A stretch of 64,000 bases of DNA from Phoronis australis (lineage: Eukaryota; Animalia; Phoronida): contig NMRA01000060.1 of the NCBI GenBank assembly GCA_002633005.1, forward strand, positions 1,037,355-1,101,354, read 5' to 3'. Below, one piece after another: positions 25,349 through 37,522 of the stretch. How positions within the stretch are numbered: the first letter of the stretch is position 1; every line of letters begins with the position of its first letter. The notes under the pieces are model-generated. The model did not search any database and was not told where the DNA came from. It worked only from the letters and a program-made list of their open reading frames with translations. The translations under genes were made by a program, and so were the position numbers.

Positions 25349-26129
25349 AGAGGCATCGAACGCAAAAGTTCACCAAAATATCTTAGTTTTAAACAATTCC
25401 TGAAGAAAGTACCATCTCGCAACGTCTACTGCAAAGTTACTCACCAGTGTCGGGGAATTTCCACGAAAAATTATCACAAAATTCACGATTTTTGAAATAC
25501 GCGCGAAGGAAAAAACTCTTTAGGCACCACAGAGTTTCTAATCTTCCTCCCACTTATGATAAAGTGCGCATGCGCTCACAGGTGACTGACAAGAAGAATA
25601 ACGGCACATTATCGTGTGTGATCGCACTCCAAATCTGGGGTCGACAGCACAGTATGAGTCAAGCCAGTGAAACAGGAGATTTCCCAAAGAGAATTCCCAG
25701 TGTCATTTTACAATATATTTGAATAGTGCGATACCTTTGTAACTAAGCCAATTGTCTTAATCCGACTGCAGCTTGAAGTCGACATTGTTTTATTCACATC
25801 AAATGTCTAAGGTCACATTTTCATATGAGTGAAATGGGCTACGCCTATGTCTAATCAAGGGCTGTAGTACATGCCAAACCAAATAAGGAGAGTGACGTGC
25901 TTTGCTTTGTGGGAAAAAAATCAATTAAGTGATGAAGTGATGAGCAGTCGACAGGTCGTTTTTCTGAAATTTGTAGCTAAAAGAAAAAAATGTTTTGACA
26001 TCAACAGAAATTCAAAATCTTTACGAGAAAATGGTAAAAATATCTGATGAAAACTTTGAATTCTGTTTCAGTGGCAGAGAACGACTTTGAATAATGCAAC
26101 TTAGTGTGTTTTTCGCGTTCTAGGCCTCT
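25349..26129. mobile_element. Kolobok-like non-autonomous element (TTAA TSD) in copy C intron 1
   Basis: TTAA-AGAGGCATCGAACGC...GCGTTCTAGGCCTCT-TTAA. Confidence 0.75.
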
Positions 26130-26169
26130 TTAAGACTTAAGACAGAAATTTGGTCTTAGGCGCCCAATT

Positions 26170-26301
26170 CACATTTGTCAAATAAAGACTTGTCATGTAA
26201 GTATTAGAACATCACATTTGTCTAATAAAGACTTGTCATGTAAGTATTAGAACATCACATTTGTCAAATAAAGACTTGTCATGTAAGTATTAGAACATCA
26301 C
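26170..26301. repeat. 43-bp tandem repeat x3
   Basis: cacatttgtcaaataaagacttgtcatgtaagtattagaacat at 26170, 26213 and 26256. Confidence 0.9.
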
Positions 26302-28114
26302 TGCCAAGAAATATTTGTACAATGTTTCTCATTAAGTAACAATCACAGATTTATTCTCAGATACTTTATTCTTTTCTAAAATGGGTTTTATTAGTTATTT
26401 TTTACAAATAATTATGTAAAACGTAACATCAAATTTCTGTGACATAGAACGAGAAAAACAAACTAAATTGCATTATTCAAAATGAGTCTCTGCTACTGAA
26501 GCAAAGGTGAAACTGTTTACCAGGTATTGTTACGGTTTCTTCATAAAGATTTGGAATTTCTGTTGATGTCAAAGCATTTTTCCTTTAGTTTCAAATTTGA
26601 AAAAAAACGAGATATTAACTGCTCGTCACTTAGTCGATTTTTTCTAGAACTTCTTGCGGTATTCAACGTGAATAACTCTTAAGTTAGCAACTTAGCATCA
26701 CCAAGTAGATTCGCCGCGATCTGTTTAAAGGTTACTTTTTTACGAGATTTCGCGTTCCATCTCTCTTTTTAGTAACCAAAGACTTAAAAGTCTTAAGTCA
26801 CCTTCATAACCAGACCTCTTCAGTAATTCATCTTCAGAATCTTTGTTTTCTCAACTCTATCTTTTGTTTGTTCATCGGTGCTATCAGTTCCTAGCAACAC
26901 ATCTGTCGGCTCACAACTACTCATACATTTGCGCATGCACCATAACTTGGTTCCCAGGGTTCATACTCTAGACGTCACTGACATCGTGACCAATCTAGTG
27001 GGTCTGTGGAGTAGACAGAGTTCCACCAGGGAAATAAAATTAGTGGTAATTGATAACTACAGCGGATTTCCGAATTAGTTTCTTGTCAGGTTTTCTGTAA
27101 CAAGGCCGGTGTTAGTTCGGTTGATGCGACAACCTCGCGAAAACGCAAGTTCACAAAACACTTTGTGGGATATCGCCCACTTGTTCAAATGCTTCCTTCG
27201 CGAGATTTTTGCAACACATCCAATGTTCGAAAGAACTGCTTAGTTTTGCATACCTGCCAAGGGATATACAAGCGTATGGAAACCATGGGCAAGTAAGACG
27301 AGCGTTTACTGGCCTGCCGAGATTGGTGTGTTGACCAAAAGTGATATCCCGGACACATAGTTGGTGACAGTGTTTTCCACAACTGAAAACCCAAGCGTGC
27401 AGCATGTGCACTAACGTCAAAATTGCGTTTTAAGAGTCTCATAATTCAATTTGAGTAGTGGGGTTAAATTCACGAGATTTTTCGTCGGCACGCAGCCAGC
27501 AAGTCCTCGCATCGTACAGTTGTAAATCGAAATTCAACATTGGGGATTGCACCTCGGTATGAGTTTAAAACGTCTGCAAACCAGTCTTCCGTCACAAAAA
27601 TTTTTGACTTTGAATACTTTCCATTTTAAATTTAGCCTCAAATTGTACCTCACACCAAGTAGATGAGATTTGTGCATGGGCTTTGAAAGACCAGATTCTA
27701 CAATTTTGCGGCGCGTCATTTTAAGTACACCGAGCATGGCCTCTAGGAATGGTGGACTATCAGTTCTTTGCAATGTCCAGTGCCGTGCCGGTCATCTAAT
27801 AAGAAACTTGATTATATATCCGTAAGGGGTTCAAAGCAAAAAAAAAATCGGTGAAAAGCAGGTTAATTGCAAGCTGTAGGCTATCTATCTCCAGATTTAG
27901 GTGCTAGTGAACATAAAAGCAGTGTGTCACGTTAAATGAAACTTAGGTGCATGCCCGTATGTGAAAAACATTTGAAAAAACATTTTTGAAAATATTTCAT
28001 ATGTTGGCCCATAGGCTAAATAGGTTCATATGCGGTAGATATCAATATAAACACTGACACACACACAAGGAGTCGACACTTGTTTTCCTACAAAGATACT
28101 TCTCTTTATTTTAG

Positions 28115-28586
28115 GCTTCAGTTCAAGTGACCGTCACTTCAGGGTCTTCTGATAACAGTTGTTCCACAACAACGACTGCGTCCTGTGACAGTAAGGTAGT
28201 GACCCTTGCAGATGTCAAAACTGAGCTGGAACGCATGTCGGAGTTGTACAACCAGATGAATACTTTGATGTCTGCTATGAACTCAAATCTGATGTCGCTG
28301 GCTAAAAGTAATGCTGCAAATACGAAGGCTTTCACTAGCAAATTGTCATGCCTTGCATCGGACGTGGCTGACGTTAAAACTAAGGTTACCGAAATTGACA
28401 ATCTAAATTCCCTCATTTCAAACAATGGAGATAAACTGGACCGGATTTTGAACACGAGTAGGCTTACACAAGATGAAGCCAAAAGACATGAAGCAAAGGC
28501 TACAGATGCTCGTGAAAAACAACAGATGGCGCTCGATTATCACACGTCAAAGCTAGATTCTTTGAGCCAATGTTTTTGTCGCAAAG
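28115..28586 (+). CDS. Copy C exon 2: end of signal peptide, Cys-x7-Cys, long predicted coiled coil, CFC neck
   Basis: Acceptor tttattttag|GCT, donor AAAG|gtaagt (phase 1). Open 472-bp exon. Heptad-like periodicity (LADVKTELERMSELYNQMNTLMSAMNSNL...LASDVADVKTKVTEIDNLNSLISNNGDKLDRIL). Confidence 0.9.
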
Positions 28587-29091
28587 GTAAGTGTTTTTAG
28601 AAGTTCTCAGAACGCCACGATTAATGCTGTAACTCTTTTAATCACTGGGAAAAAATCTATTATGAACCGGCCAAGGTGCCAAATTCGCCATTTTGTATTT
28701 TTGAGTCAGAAGTGTCACCGTGGTGGCGACGGGGAGGAATTTTCAAAGTTGTGACAATTGGGGGACAAAACTTATTAGCGATATGTACACAAATGGTTTT
28801 GGATCATGGCGTTCCACATCAAACTTTCCTGGTGCCTACTCAATAATTTTGCTTACATCACGACCTGCAAAGGATTTTCTTTGAATGATATATATTATAT
28901 ATGAACCCACATCGCGTTTTCCGGAAAATATTTTAGTACTCCGGACCTGCGTTTTTACAGATACTAAACTCTTTGATACTACAGGTTATAGTCACGCCTC
29001 ATTGTGCTGGGTATTTAAAAATGCATAGTCAAAGTTAGACCCAATATAATAAATGAGAAATGGAGTTTACTCTCAGAGAAAATTTTGCTAG

Positions 29092-31407
29092 CGGGCAAAT
29101 CACAATCAAGGTCCATATTCGGTGGCCACTTTTGGTGAAAAAAGAAGGTTGTCATATGACAGTAAAAGTTGGATTATTTTCAAGTACTATCATTCTATTT
29201 TTGTAAGTTAAAATATATTTGCTCAAGAACCACCGAATAAAATTTTATCGTCAAATCATCACAGTTGTATAAAAGGGTACGTACACTACAACTTGTGGTC
29301 ACAGCCCACTTCTACCAGGCAAAATTTCATAAGGAGGCTGTTGATTTAATACGTTCTTGATCAAATTGAAGAAGTATCACATACTAAAGTAAGAAAAGTT
29401 ATTGCTGTGCTGATCAAGTTGTTCTAAATGATGATACATTGCATATCTTAACACTATAAAATGAGAACTTCTTTTCTTGCAATATGATTCTTACAAAAAG
29501 AAAAGAACAAGTAACTACTTTTTTTTCAAAAATTTTATTGGTACTATTTGCTTAGTTTTCACCACATTCACCACATGGTCAAAGTAGTTAAAGCAATGCT
29601 AGACCCAGTGTTCAACTTGTAAACAGTAAAAAATGGTACTGGTTGGGGGGTACGTACACTACGCACAGTCGATCAACGTCAAATTTTGATTAAGTTACAA
29701 ATGTATGGGATGGTCTGGAGTTTTGTGCTGCCTCTATTTGTTGGTTTGTTGCAAGTTGTCTTGAGAGATAGAGAACCTGCCTCTGCAACATCAGTTGTCA
29801 CGTGTTAAGTACTAGCCAAGTCCTGTGTGGCATTCCATTGCCCACAAATTCGATAGTGTCAATTGTTTTTTTGTCAGACTGGATACATTTTGGAAATATC
29901 AATATTGTTCATGAGAACAGCAGTATGTAAAATACTTGTGGACAATACTTTGAGAGGTTGCAGTTACGTACACAGGGGTACGTACACTACATTTCAATGA
30001 CTTGTCAGGTTTATAAAGAATACTGAATCTACTGGGCGTTAGTTCATTTACCAAATCTATTCAAAGAGAACAAATAAAAAGTACAGTATACATGTGCATA
30101 TCTGTCCGTCATTCTTTGAAAACAGGCACATGTTAAAATATAGGGGTACGTACACTACACAAATGCTAATAGTTCGCTCAAAACAAATGTATTTGTAATT
30201 AATACCCTTTTTAACCTAACATTTTTAATGGAGGAAACTGTCTGTGACAAATGTTACTTACTTACCGTGTAATATTCATGTTTCGTGGTATTTGTTCACG
30301 TCGGGGTACGTACAACACAAGGGTACGTACACTACATTTCAATGACATGCCAGGTTTGTTACTAAATACTAAGGATCTTCTGAGAGTTAGATGATTTACT
30401 AAATCAATTCAAACAGAAAAAATAAAAAGCACAGCATCCATGTGCATATCTGCCATACTTTGAAAATAGGCACAAATGATAGGGGTACGTACACTACATA
30501 AATTCTAATATTTTACTCAAAACAAACGTATTTGCAATAAACACCATTTTAACCTAACATTTTTAAGGAAGGAAACTGTCTATGACCAATGTTGCTCACT
30601 TACCAAGTGATATTTTAATTTTATGGCATTTGTAAACATGGGGGTATGTACACTACAAAAGGGAGTACGTACACTTCATCACTGTTTCTGCATCACATGG
30701 TTACATAATGTTGTATGGCCATTTATTTTTCTTTGATGATAATAAGCACCATGTTGTTATTTAAAAGGCAATAATTTCATTTGCAATGACCATTTGTGTT
30801 ACTGAATTCCACATGGAGGTACGTACACTACATTTTGTTAGCCTTTTTGGCCCATTTTCAATATAGCAGAACCCAGTCAATGTCCGAACTTTTGGTTTGT
30901 TTAGATATTGAATTATTTGCTGTGTTGCCTAAGCTAACATAGTCTGCAGTTCTTTTTATTACAGAGTGTGAACTTTAGTTTTTATCCTTCTTTGCAGTAG
31001 GTGAGGGTTAGAAACATAATTTACAAAATTCGTAACGAGTGCCTGTTTTATGATGAACCCTACCATTTCTCAATGATTAAGCACAACTTCATCTAAGTGA
31101 TTCTGAAAATGACCCATGTTATTCCCAGTCATATCTAAGCAATTGCAAATAATTTTCTTTTCTACTGTTGACACCTTAAAATAGTAATTTTTAGAATGGC
31201 CACTCGTAAATGCATGAAATTCATAGACAAAAACATGCATAAATTTCTCAAACATTGTCTGAATTTGATGAATCTTTTTTTAATTCGCACAACTAAATAA
31301 CTCTTTGCATATGAGATTCAGTTGGCATTTGGTAATTGACCAAAAAAATTATATTAGACCGTAACACAGTCAATTCTCGAATATGGACCTTGATTGTGAT
31401 TTAGCCG
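29092..31407. mobile_element. 2.3-kb non-autonomous DNA transposon with 30-bp TIRs and 3-bp TSD (TAG) in copy C intron 2; superfamily not assigned
   Basis: Left CGGGCAAATCACAATCAAGGTCCATATTCG, right (reverse complement) CGGCTAAATCACAATCAAGGTCCATATTCG. TAG on both sides. Absent from the paralogous introns of A and B. Confidence 0.9.
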
Positions 31408-32560
31408 TAGAAGCTCATTCAATACCTTAGTAAAATCACAAAACCCCTAACATTGGATGGTTTCAGTACAGACTAGTATACAGGAATACTGCGGCAATTG
31501 CCTTTTTAGCCAAAATTCAGGTTGGTGATACTAAGGGACGGTTCCAACAAACGCGTGTAGCCCACGCCTACGATAGCGTGGTGATGTCAGGCGGCTGTTG
31601 CAGACAACGATCTGATTGGCTTGGTTGACATATCGGAGCTATCCATTTACATTTAGTAATGACGTTCAAGAGAAGCTGCCACACATTTCCTGGACTGGAA
31701 AAATTGTGCAGATTTTCGGAATGAAATTGAGAAAAATTGTTACGAACTCAATGTAACTTAGTTACGTAAGAGATGCCCAGTTGAAGCGTATTTGAATGAC
31801 TGTCCTCTGTGTATTTTCCGTATTAAATTCAGTTTGTCGTAGAGATTGAAATGGTGTTTTATAATTCTAATAAACACTCAAAAGTTTGGAATCAATTTGA
31901 AAACTCCCGACAAAGAGTTTTAATTGCCAAAGGTGACTGAACCCTTTGGCAAGTTACTTGACGGTCGTGGGGAAAGTCTCTCACTCATAGGAGCCATTTT
32001 GTAACAAAACGATTAAAATTTCAGCTGAATATTAATTTCTCTCACGGGAAGTACCAATGATAAAATAGCGGGTGCTGAATTACAAACCAACTTTCAATGT
32101 GAAATTGCCAGGACTACCTTTTCCATTACAGTATTACCCCACAAATAAGCGCATGCCCCTATATGCGGAACAGTGAAGTTTTTCCGCAAGATTTTCCAAT
32201 CTGATGTCCCGCATATAGGCGCTATTAGGGGCATACGGTCGTCTGATAATAGACACATCCTGTTTTTTTTTAAATACACCACCGAACCATTTTACTCCAC
32301 ACAGCGTGTAGTGTCAGTGACACTCTGAGAAAAAGTGGTTAAAGAAATTGTGAAATACTAAAAATATGCAGTTTTTAAACTCATACCTTTATTTTTAAGA
32401 AAGCCTTTATCGTCGATAAAATAACACCGAGTTCCTTTACGGTAGTTCTACTCAAATATCCCGCCAATTAGGCGCCGCTCCACAATTAGGCCTATGCGCT
32501 CAATTGCGGAGCTATGCGGTAAGGAAATGCAAATGATTTATTATTGTTATTTGTTTTCAG

Positions 32561-32829
32561 TTAAAGTGTTTCACTTAAGGCACCCTGACGGTTACTATAA
32601 GTTCACTTTCGAGCAAGCCAAAGCCGCGTGCCAGGCGAAAGGTGCAGTGCTAGCCACACCGATACAACTCGAGACAGCTTGGAAGATGGGGTATGAGATG
32701 TGTGCTTGTGGCTGGCTCAGTGACCGAAGTGCGCGTTATCCGATGCATTTCGCATATCCCGGATGTGGAGGGAACAGACCGGGAATAACAACTTGTTCAT
32801 ATCAACTGAACGATGCCTATTGTATTTGA
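32561..32829 (+). CDS. Copy C exon 3: Link (X-link) module and stop codon. Spliced CDS 36+472+269 = 777 nt, 258 aa
   Basis: Acceptor ttgttttcag|TTAAAGTG (phase 1). VKVFHLRHPDGYYKFTFEQAKAACQAKGAVLATPIQLETAWKMGYEMCACGWLSDRSARYPMHFAYPGCGGNRPGITTCSYQLNDAYCI* aligns by eye with the TSG-6/HAPLN Link consensus, including its four Cys. Confidence 0.92.
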
Positions 32830-35800
32830 TTTTCATCATCATACGGATATCTAATTTGATCAATAGTGAAGCTTCTGTATCCATCTCAGTTGTTGACCAT
32901 TGACTCGGTAATCGGCCACGAGGTAGCAGCACTAATGAGGAAACTTCAATTTCAATCAGACTGGTCATTTTCAATGTTCTGGTATTCTTTCGGGTCGCGT
33001 TTTCACTACTTTGATATAAACTCGGGATGCCTGTTCAGATTAAGCTTGTGTAGAAATGGGGTGGGTGATTACTATTGTACTTGGTATAAATTTTGATCTG
33101 ATTATAGGCCTACCCTTCACGGTTGATTCTGTCCTGATACAAATGAACGCTCTGCGGAGCGACACTTACGAAAATTGAATGAAAATTTACAAGTGAGGCA
33201 GACTACGAAACCAAGAACACCAACAACCACGACCTCGACGCTTATTACACCAACGAACAGTAAATGATCATTAAAAGTGCATTCAGGAATTAATCAGTAA
33301 AAGGCAATTATCGAATCAGAAAAGTTCTTTAATAACCCGAGAACGGCAAGTTGTAGCGAGAAACCATTAATTCACTGCAGATTGCCCCTAGGGAGATCCA
33401 TTCTGACATACCATATTTGAGAAGGTTCGGTCAAAGTATCGCGGAGTTGGGGGTCACAGTATTAATGTCATAAGAAATGCAAGCTGTGGAGTGCGAACAA
33501 AGAAACAAACGGAAATAACAACAATACATATGAGAAAGCGAAAGACTTGAAAAAATTTCATTTCAAGTCACAAATCAAATCCAGCTAGCAACCAACCGCC
33601 ATTTTCCGCCGCCCATCATTCCTAGGCAAAGATCCCAATAACTGTAAGTTTACAAGAAGTAGTCCTCAAATGAGGAGGATAGGGTATGTATTTCTAAATC
33701 GAAATCTAATTAAAATTAAACTTTCCAGATGAATCTCCAAATAGTATTGTTCGACTAGCAGTGATCAAGCTACTAATGCATTTGTTTGCAATCTGGATTC
33801 TGATTCTGAAGTTTTCTACCGTCTTTTTCGAAGGTGTTTTTCAACTTTTGTAGACTGTAGAGTGGCGTTCGGCAAATTAAGAGTGTACTTGTGTAGTCCA
33901 CGATCTAGGTGATATTGGCCACAAAGGTTACCACTTTTCTAATGTAGATAAATTCTTTGTTTAAACGGGGAAAAGTTGTAATCAGTGTGGGCGATGGTAA
34001 TTTTCTCTCCATGATTGTTGTCAGATTTGGACAGCATCAGTGGTGAGCGGGAACCTCGATTCCGAATCGGGTCACCCGTTTACCCGTAACCAAGTTGATA
34101 CTGAAACCATCTTCCAGAAATCCGCCATTGCTGACCATATAATGTTGCAAACAACGACCAATGAGCCTTATTGTATTTTAAAATGAGGTCATGTCAAAGC
34201 CCTAGTTCACTAGGTAATTGATTGGGGGACATACTTGTAGTTCTAGCTCTTGGTATAAATGTATGTGTTCAATTTTCCATTTTGGTAGTCAGATATGGTA
34301 GCCCAGCTATATAACTTTCATAAAAAACCGAGCATCAGATCATGATCTTTTGATTAACATGGTCTGCCAATAAGCAGGTGCTAGACTTAAGTCCTCAGTT
34401 GTAACTTTAAAAGGGAAACTTGTATTACCTTTTTATGTCATCTGTAAAAATACAAATCCCTGATTTATTATCGTTCCCTTGGCGGTGGTAAGTTCTGTAT
34501 TCATGTCCACTGAGAAAGTACAAATGACCTGCTCAAACTGTGTTGAATAGCAAATAGTACACGGTGTTTGCTCAGTGGAAGTGAATGCAAAACCAAGATG
34601 GGGGCCTTGAAATGGGCTACTGACTTCACTGTCTATTGGTACCTGGGGAGTAAATACACTCAAAGGGAACATTAATTAACACGGGAAAATGTCTCTCCAA
34701 GATAATCAAGGATCTTCATTATACTAAACATAACATCATACATGGTTGCGTTCCCCTTTAAACCTTGTTCCCAGAACAACCACGTCTACCCAAGGGCCAG
34801 TCCGGTCAAACTGATTAACAAATACTTATTGAAGACATCGATGTTATTTTGTTGTATACGGCAAATCTTCCTCACTAAGCCATAAGATCAAACTGATACT
34901 GTTCTAAATAGTTGGATGCTTGTCGTATTGCTTTTGTAAGATACAAATATTCATTTAGACTCAGTCACCATCACGAAAGAACTAGCTGCATAGGAGTAAC
35001 AACATGTTACCCTAACGTGATTTTGCTAAACAGGCCTCGTAAATGAACAATTTATCTAGTTCTTGGGATGGATTTACTTTTGCAGCCCAACTTTGTCTTT
35101 AAAAAATATTCCCCCAAAAACAACAATCAGTTGTAGAAAAACTTTCGGCTTATTGTGACGGGACGTGAATCTTTAAGTCAGGGCATTCTTTGAGATAGCT
35201 AACACTGAAAAGATGTCCACAAAAAGTCGAAAAACGAACAGCTCGGCCAGGGACATCATTAGTAACATAGGCCTACATTACCTCTTCTGCTGTGGTCCAG
35301 ATATATAAGAGTGGAGAAATGGTTGAGTGCGATAGAACACCAATAACTCAATCTACGACAGCTAATTACACGTAATCAATTGCTGGGATCTCTGGAGTGA
35401 ATGTCAAGACAGTGTCCGGCACACTAATCTTGATGACAAACGTACTTATTTGGCTCATCAACAAAATATTTTCATCAACTACTGCGACTTACACTGCAGG
35501 TTTACATGGACCGTTAAAACAAATTTTCTGTACACATTGTTATCTATTTTGTGTTGACGACAATCCGGGCCACGGCACCAAAAATGTGGGTTATATTGTG
35601 TATGAATAAAACCCGAGGTGGTTCGAAGGGAAAAATGCTTGTGTTCGGTATGATGTATTAAAAGCTACTTGTGAGATATTATAAGGATATAACATATAAC
35701 ATGCAAGTGAACCTATTCCACCAATCAGAATGTGCGCCAAATATAAAACTAACCAATGGGGAAGATTAGCTAGGGCTGGGATGATTTGTAAATCTATGTC

Positions 35801-36292
35801 AAGAGGTAGCAATTAATAACTTTAAACTGAACATGTACAGGAAATACCGAAGCTAAATAGATGTCAAACTGAACATGTACAAAAAATACCTAAGCTAAAT
35901 AAACCGTGAAAACCTGTCATAAACACATTCCAGTACATGTCGCTGCTAGCTGCTAGTACAGCAGTACACTGAGAATGTGATGGACTACTACGCGGCAAAC
36001 ATTTTGAAGTCTAGTCTGCACGCTACCTGTTGGCCACTTCACGTGAACTAATGAACATCAGTCTGAAAAGTTTGCTGTCAGGTCCCGGGTTCGAGTCCCA
36101 GTCCCAGCATGGTCTCAAGGGATCCAACTGTCTGCAGCTCTTTACAGACTCAGATATCACTTGCCAGCTGAGTACCAAACAAGTTCACAGTCTAAACCCA
36201 ATGAGTTCACTTCTTTGATGGAACCCATGCTTGCGTTCAGTAATGGATACTACCTAGCTAAAATCTAGCCAAAGTCACGTGTTCTTACTTAA

Positions 36293-37522
36293 AAGGGGAC
36301 TGTAGTCAAAATAATGTTGCAGTTAATCGGTTCTAACATACAAATAAAACTCACATTTGCCTGACTTGCGTGCCAAACTAAAGCCAATTCGAATTCATGA
36401 TCAAAACACTGAATTCTGAAAGCCATCGCTGATTGGCTGATGTGTCAGTGACGTGAACGGCGGGGTATCGGCTGTTTTACACATTCATTGCTTATGTCAT
36501 ATTTGAAGAGTTTACATCGTAATTTATCATTGTATCAATCGTCCTTATTTTTTATTGTTTGCCACAGTGCTGTAAAAGGTTCGCTATGCCTTTTTGTATG
36601 GCACCTGGTTGCTCAAACTCTTCGAAAAAGGCGTCTTCTAAAGGGATGGTCATCGCATACCATCGCCGGGTTACCCAAGCCTTGGCCCAAAGCTCAGTGT
36701 AGANNNNNNNNNNNNNNNNNNNNNNNNNNNNNNNNNNNNNNNNNNNNNNNNNNNNNNNNNNNNNNNNNNNNNNNNNNNNNNNNNNNNNNNNNNNNNNNNN
36801 NNNNNNNNNNNNNNNNNNNNNNNNNNNNNNNNNNNNNNNNNNNNNNNNNNNNNNNNNNNNNNNNNNNNNNNNNNNNNNNNNNNNNNNNNNNNNNNNNNNN
36901 NNNNNNNNNNNNNNNNNNNNNNNNNNNNNNNNNNNNNNNNNNNNNNNNNNNNNNNNNNNNNNNNNNNNNNNNNNNNNNNNNNNNNNNNNNNNNNNNNNNN
37001 NNNNNNNNNNNNNNNNNNNNNNNNNNNNNNNNNNNNNNNNNNNNNNNNNNNNNNNNNNNNNNNNNNNNNNNNNNNNNNNNNNNNNNNNNNNNNNNNNNNN
37101 NNNNNNNNNNNNNNNNNNNNNNNNNNNNNNNNNNNNNNNNNTGGATGGCTAGAGTCCACATTGCCCTCGGCACAGTCACTGACACCAGTTGCACCGGCAA
37201 ATTTTCGTCTGACGATGACGATGACTGGGTATCACTTTGTGTTGCCTCGGCTCAAACAGGTATCCCTGGTGACCCGACATTTCACACTAAAATTTCTTAT
37301 TCCGACAATATGAAGAACGCTACTTGATTGCACGCTAACACAGGACAGTGACTTTGCCCCCGCCAAATACGTCACGAGACTAAGCAGCGCTCCAAGCCGG
37401 TAATTTTTTTAGCTTCTTTAGAGAATATAAGTTTAATTTTTGGTGTTGAATTATTTGTGAAATTAATCAACAATTCATAGAAAACTATCCAGAATTTATT
37501 CAGAATAAATTACAGTTCCCTT
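36293..37522. mobile_element. Internally deleted Kolobok element retaining the THAP-transposase start (+, ATG 36586) and a KolX-like start (-, ATG 37280)
   Basis: TTAA-AAGGGGACTGTA...TACAGTTCCCTT-TTAA. MPFCMAPGCSNSSKK...IAYHR is a THAP N-terminus. Minus strand reads MSGHQGYLFEP followed by a Ser/Asp-rich tract. N-gap at 36704-37141. Confidence 0.75.

Noticed and set aside
26170-26301. 43-bp repeats as a CRISPR array
   Set aside because: Contiguous tandem copies with no spacers.
29275-30835. CRISPR-like repeat-spacer appearance of the GGGGTACGTACACTACA motif
   Set aside because: Eukaryotic context, highly variable spacer lengths, spacers partly duplicated, no cas genes, and located inside a TIR element.
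36060-36110. tRNA gene (GGTTCGAGTCCC B-box); also 21469-21545
   Set aside because: No complete cloverleaf or acceptor stem. Better explained as SINE remnants.
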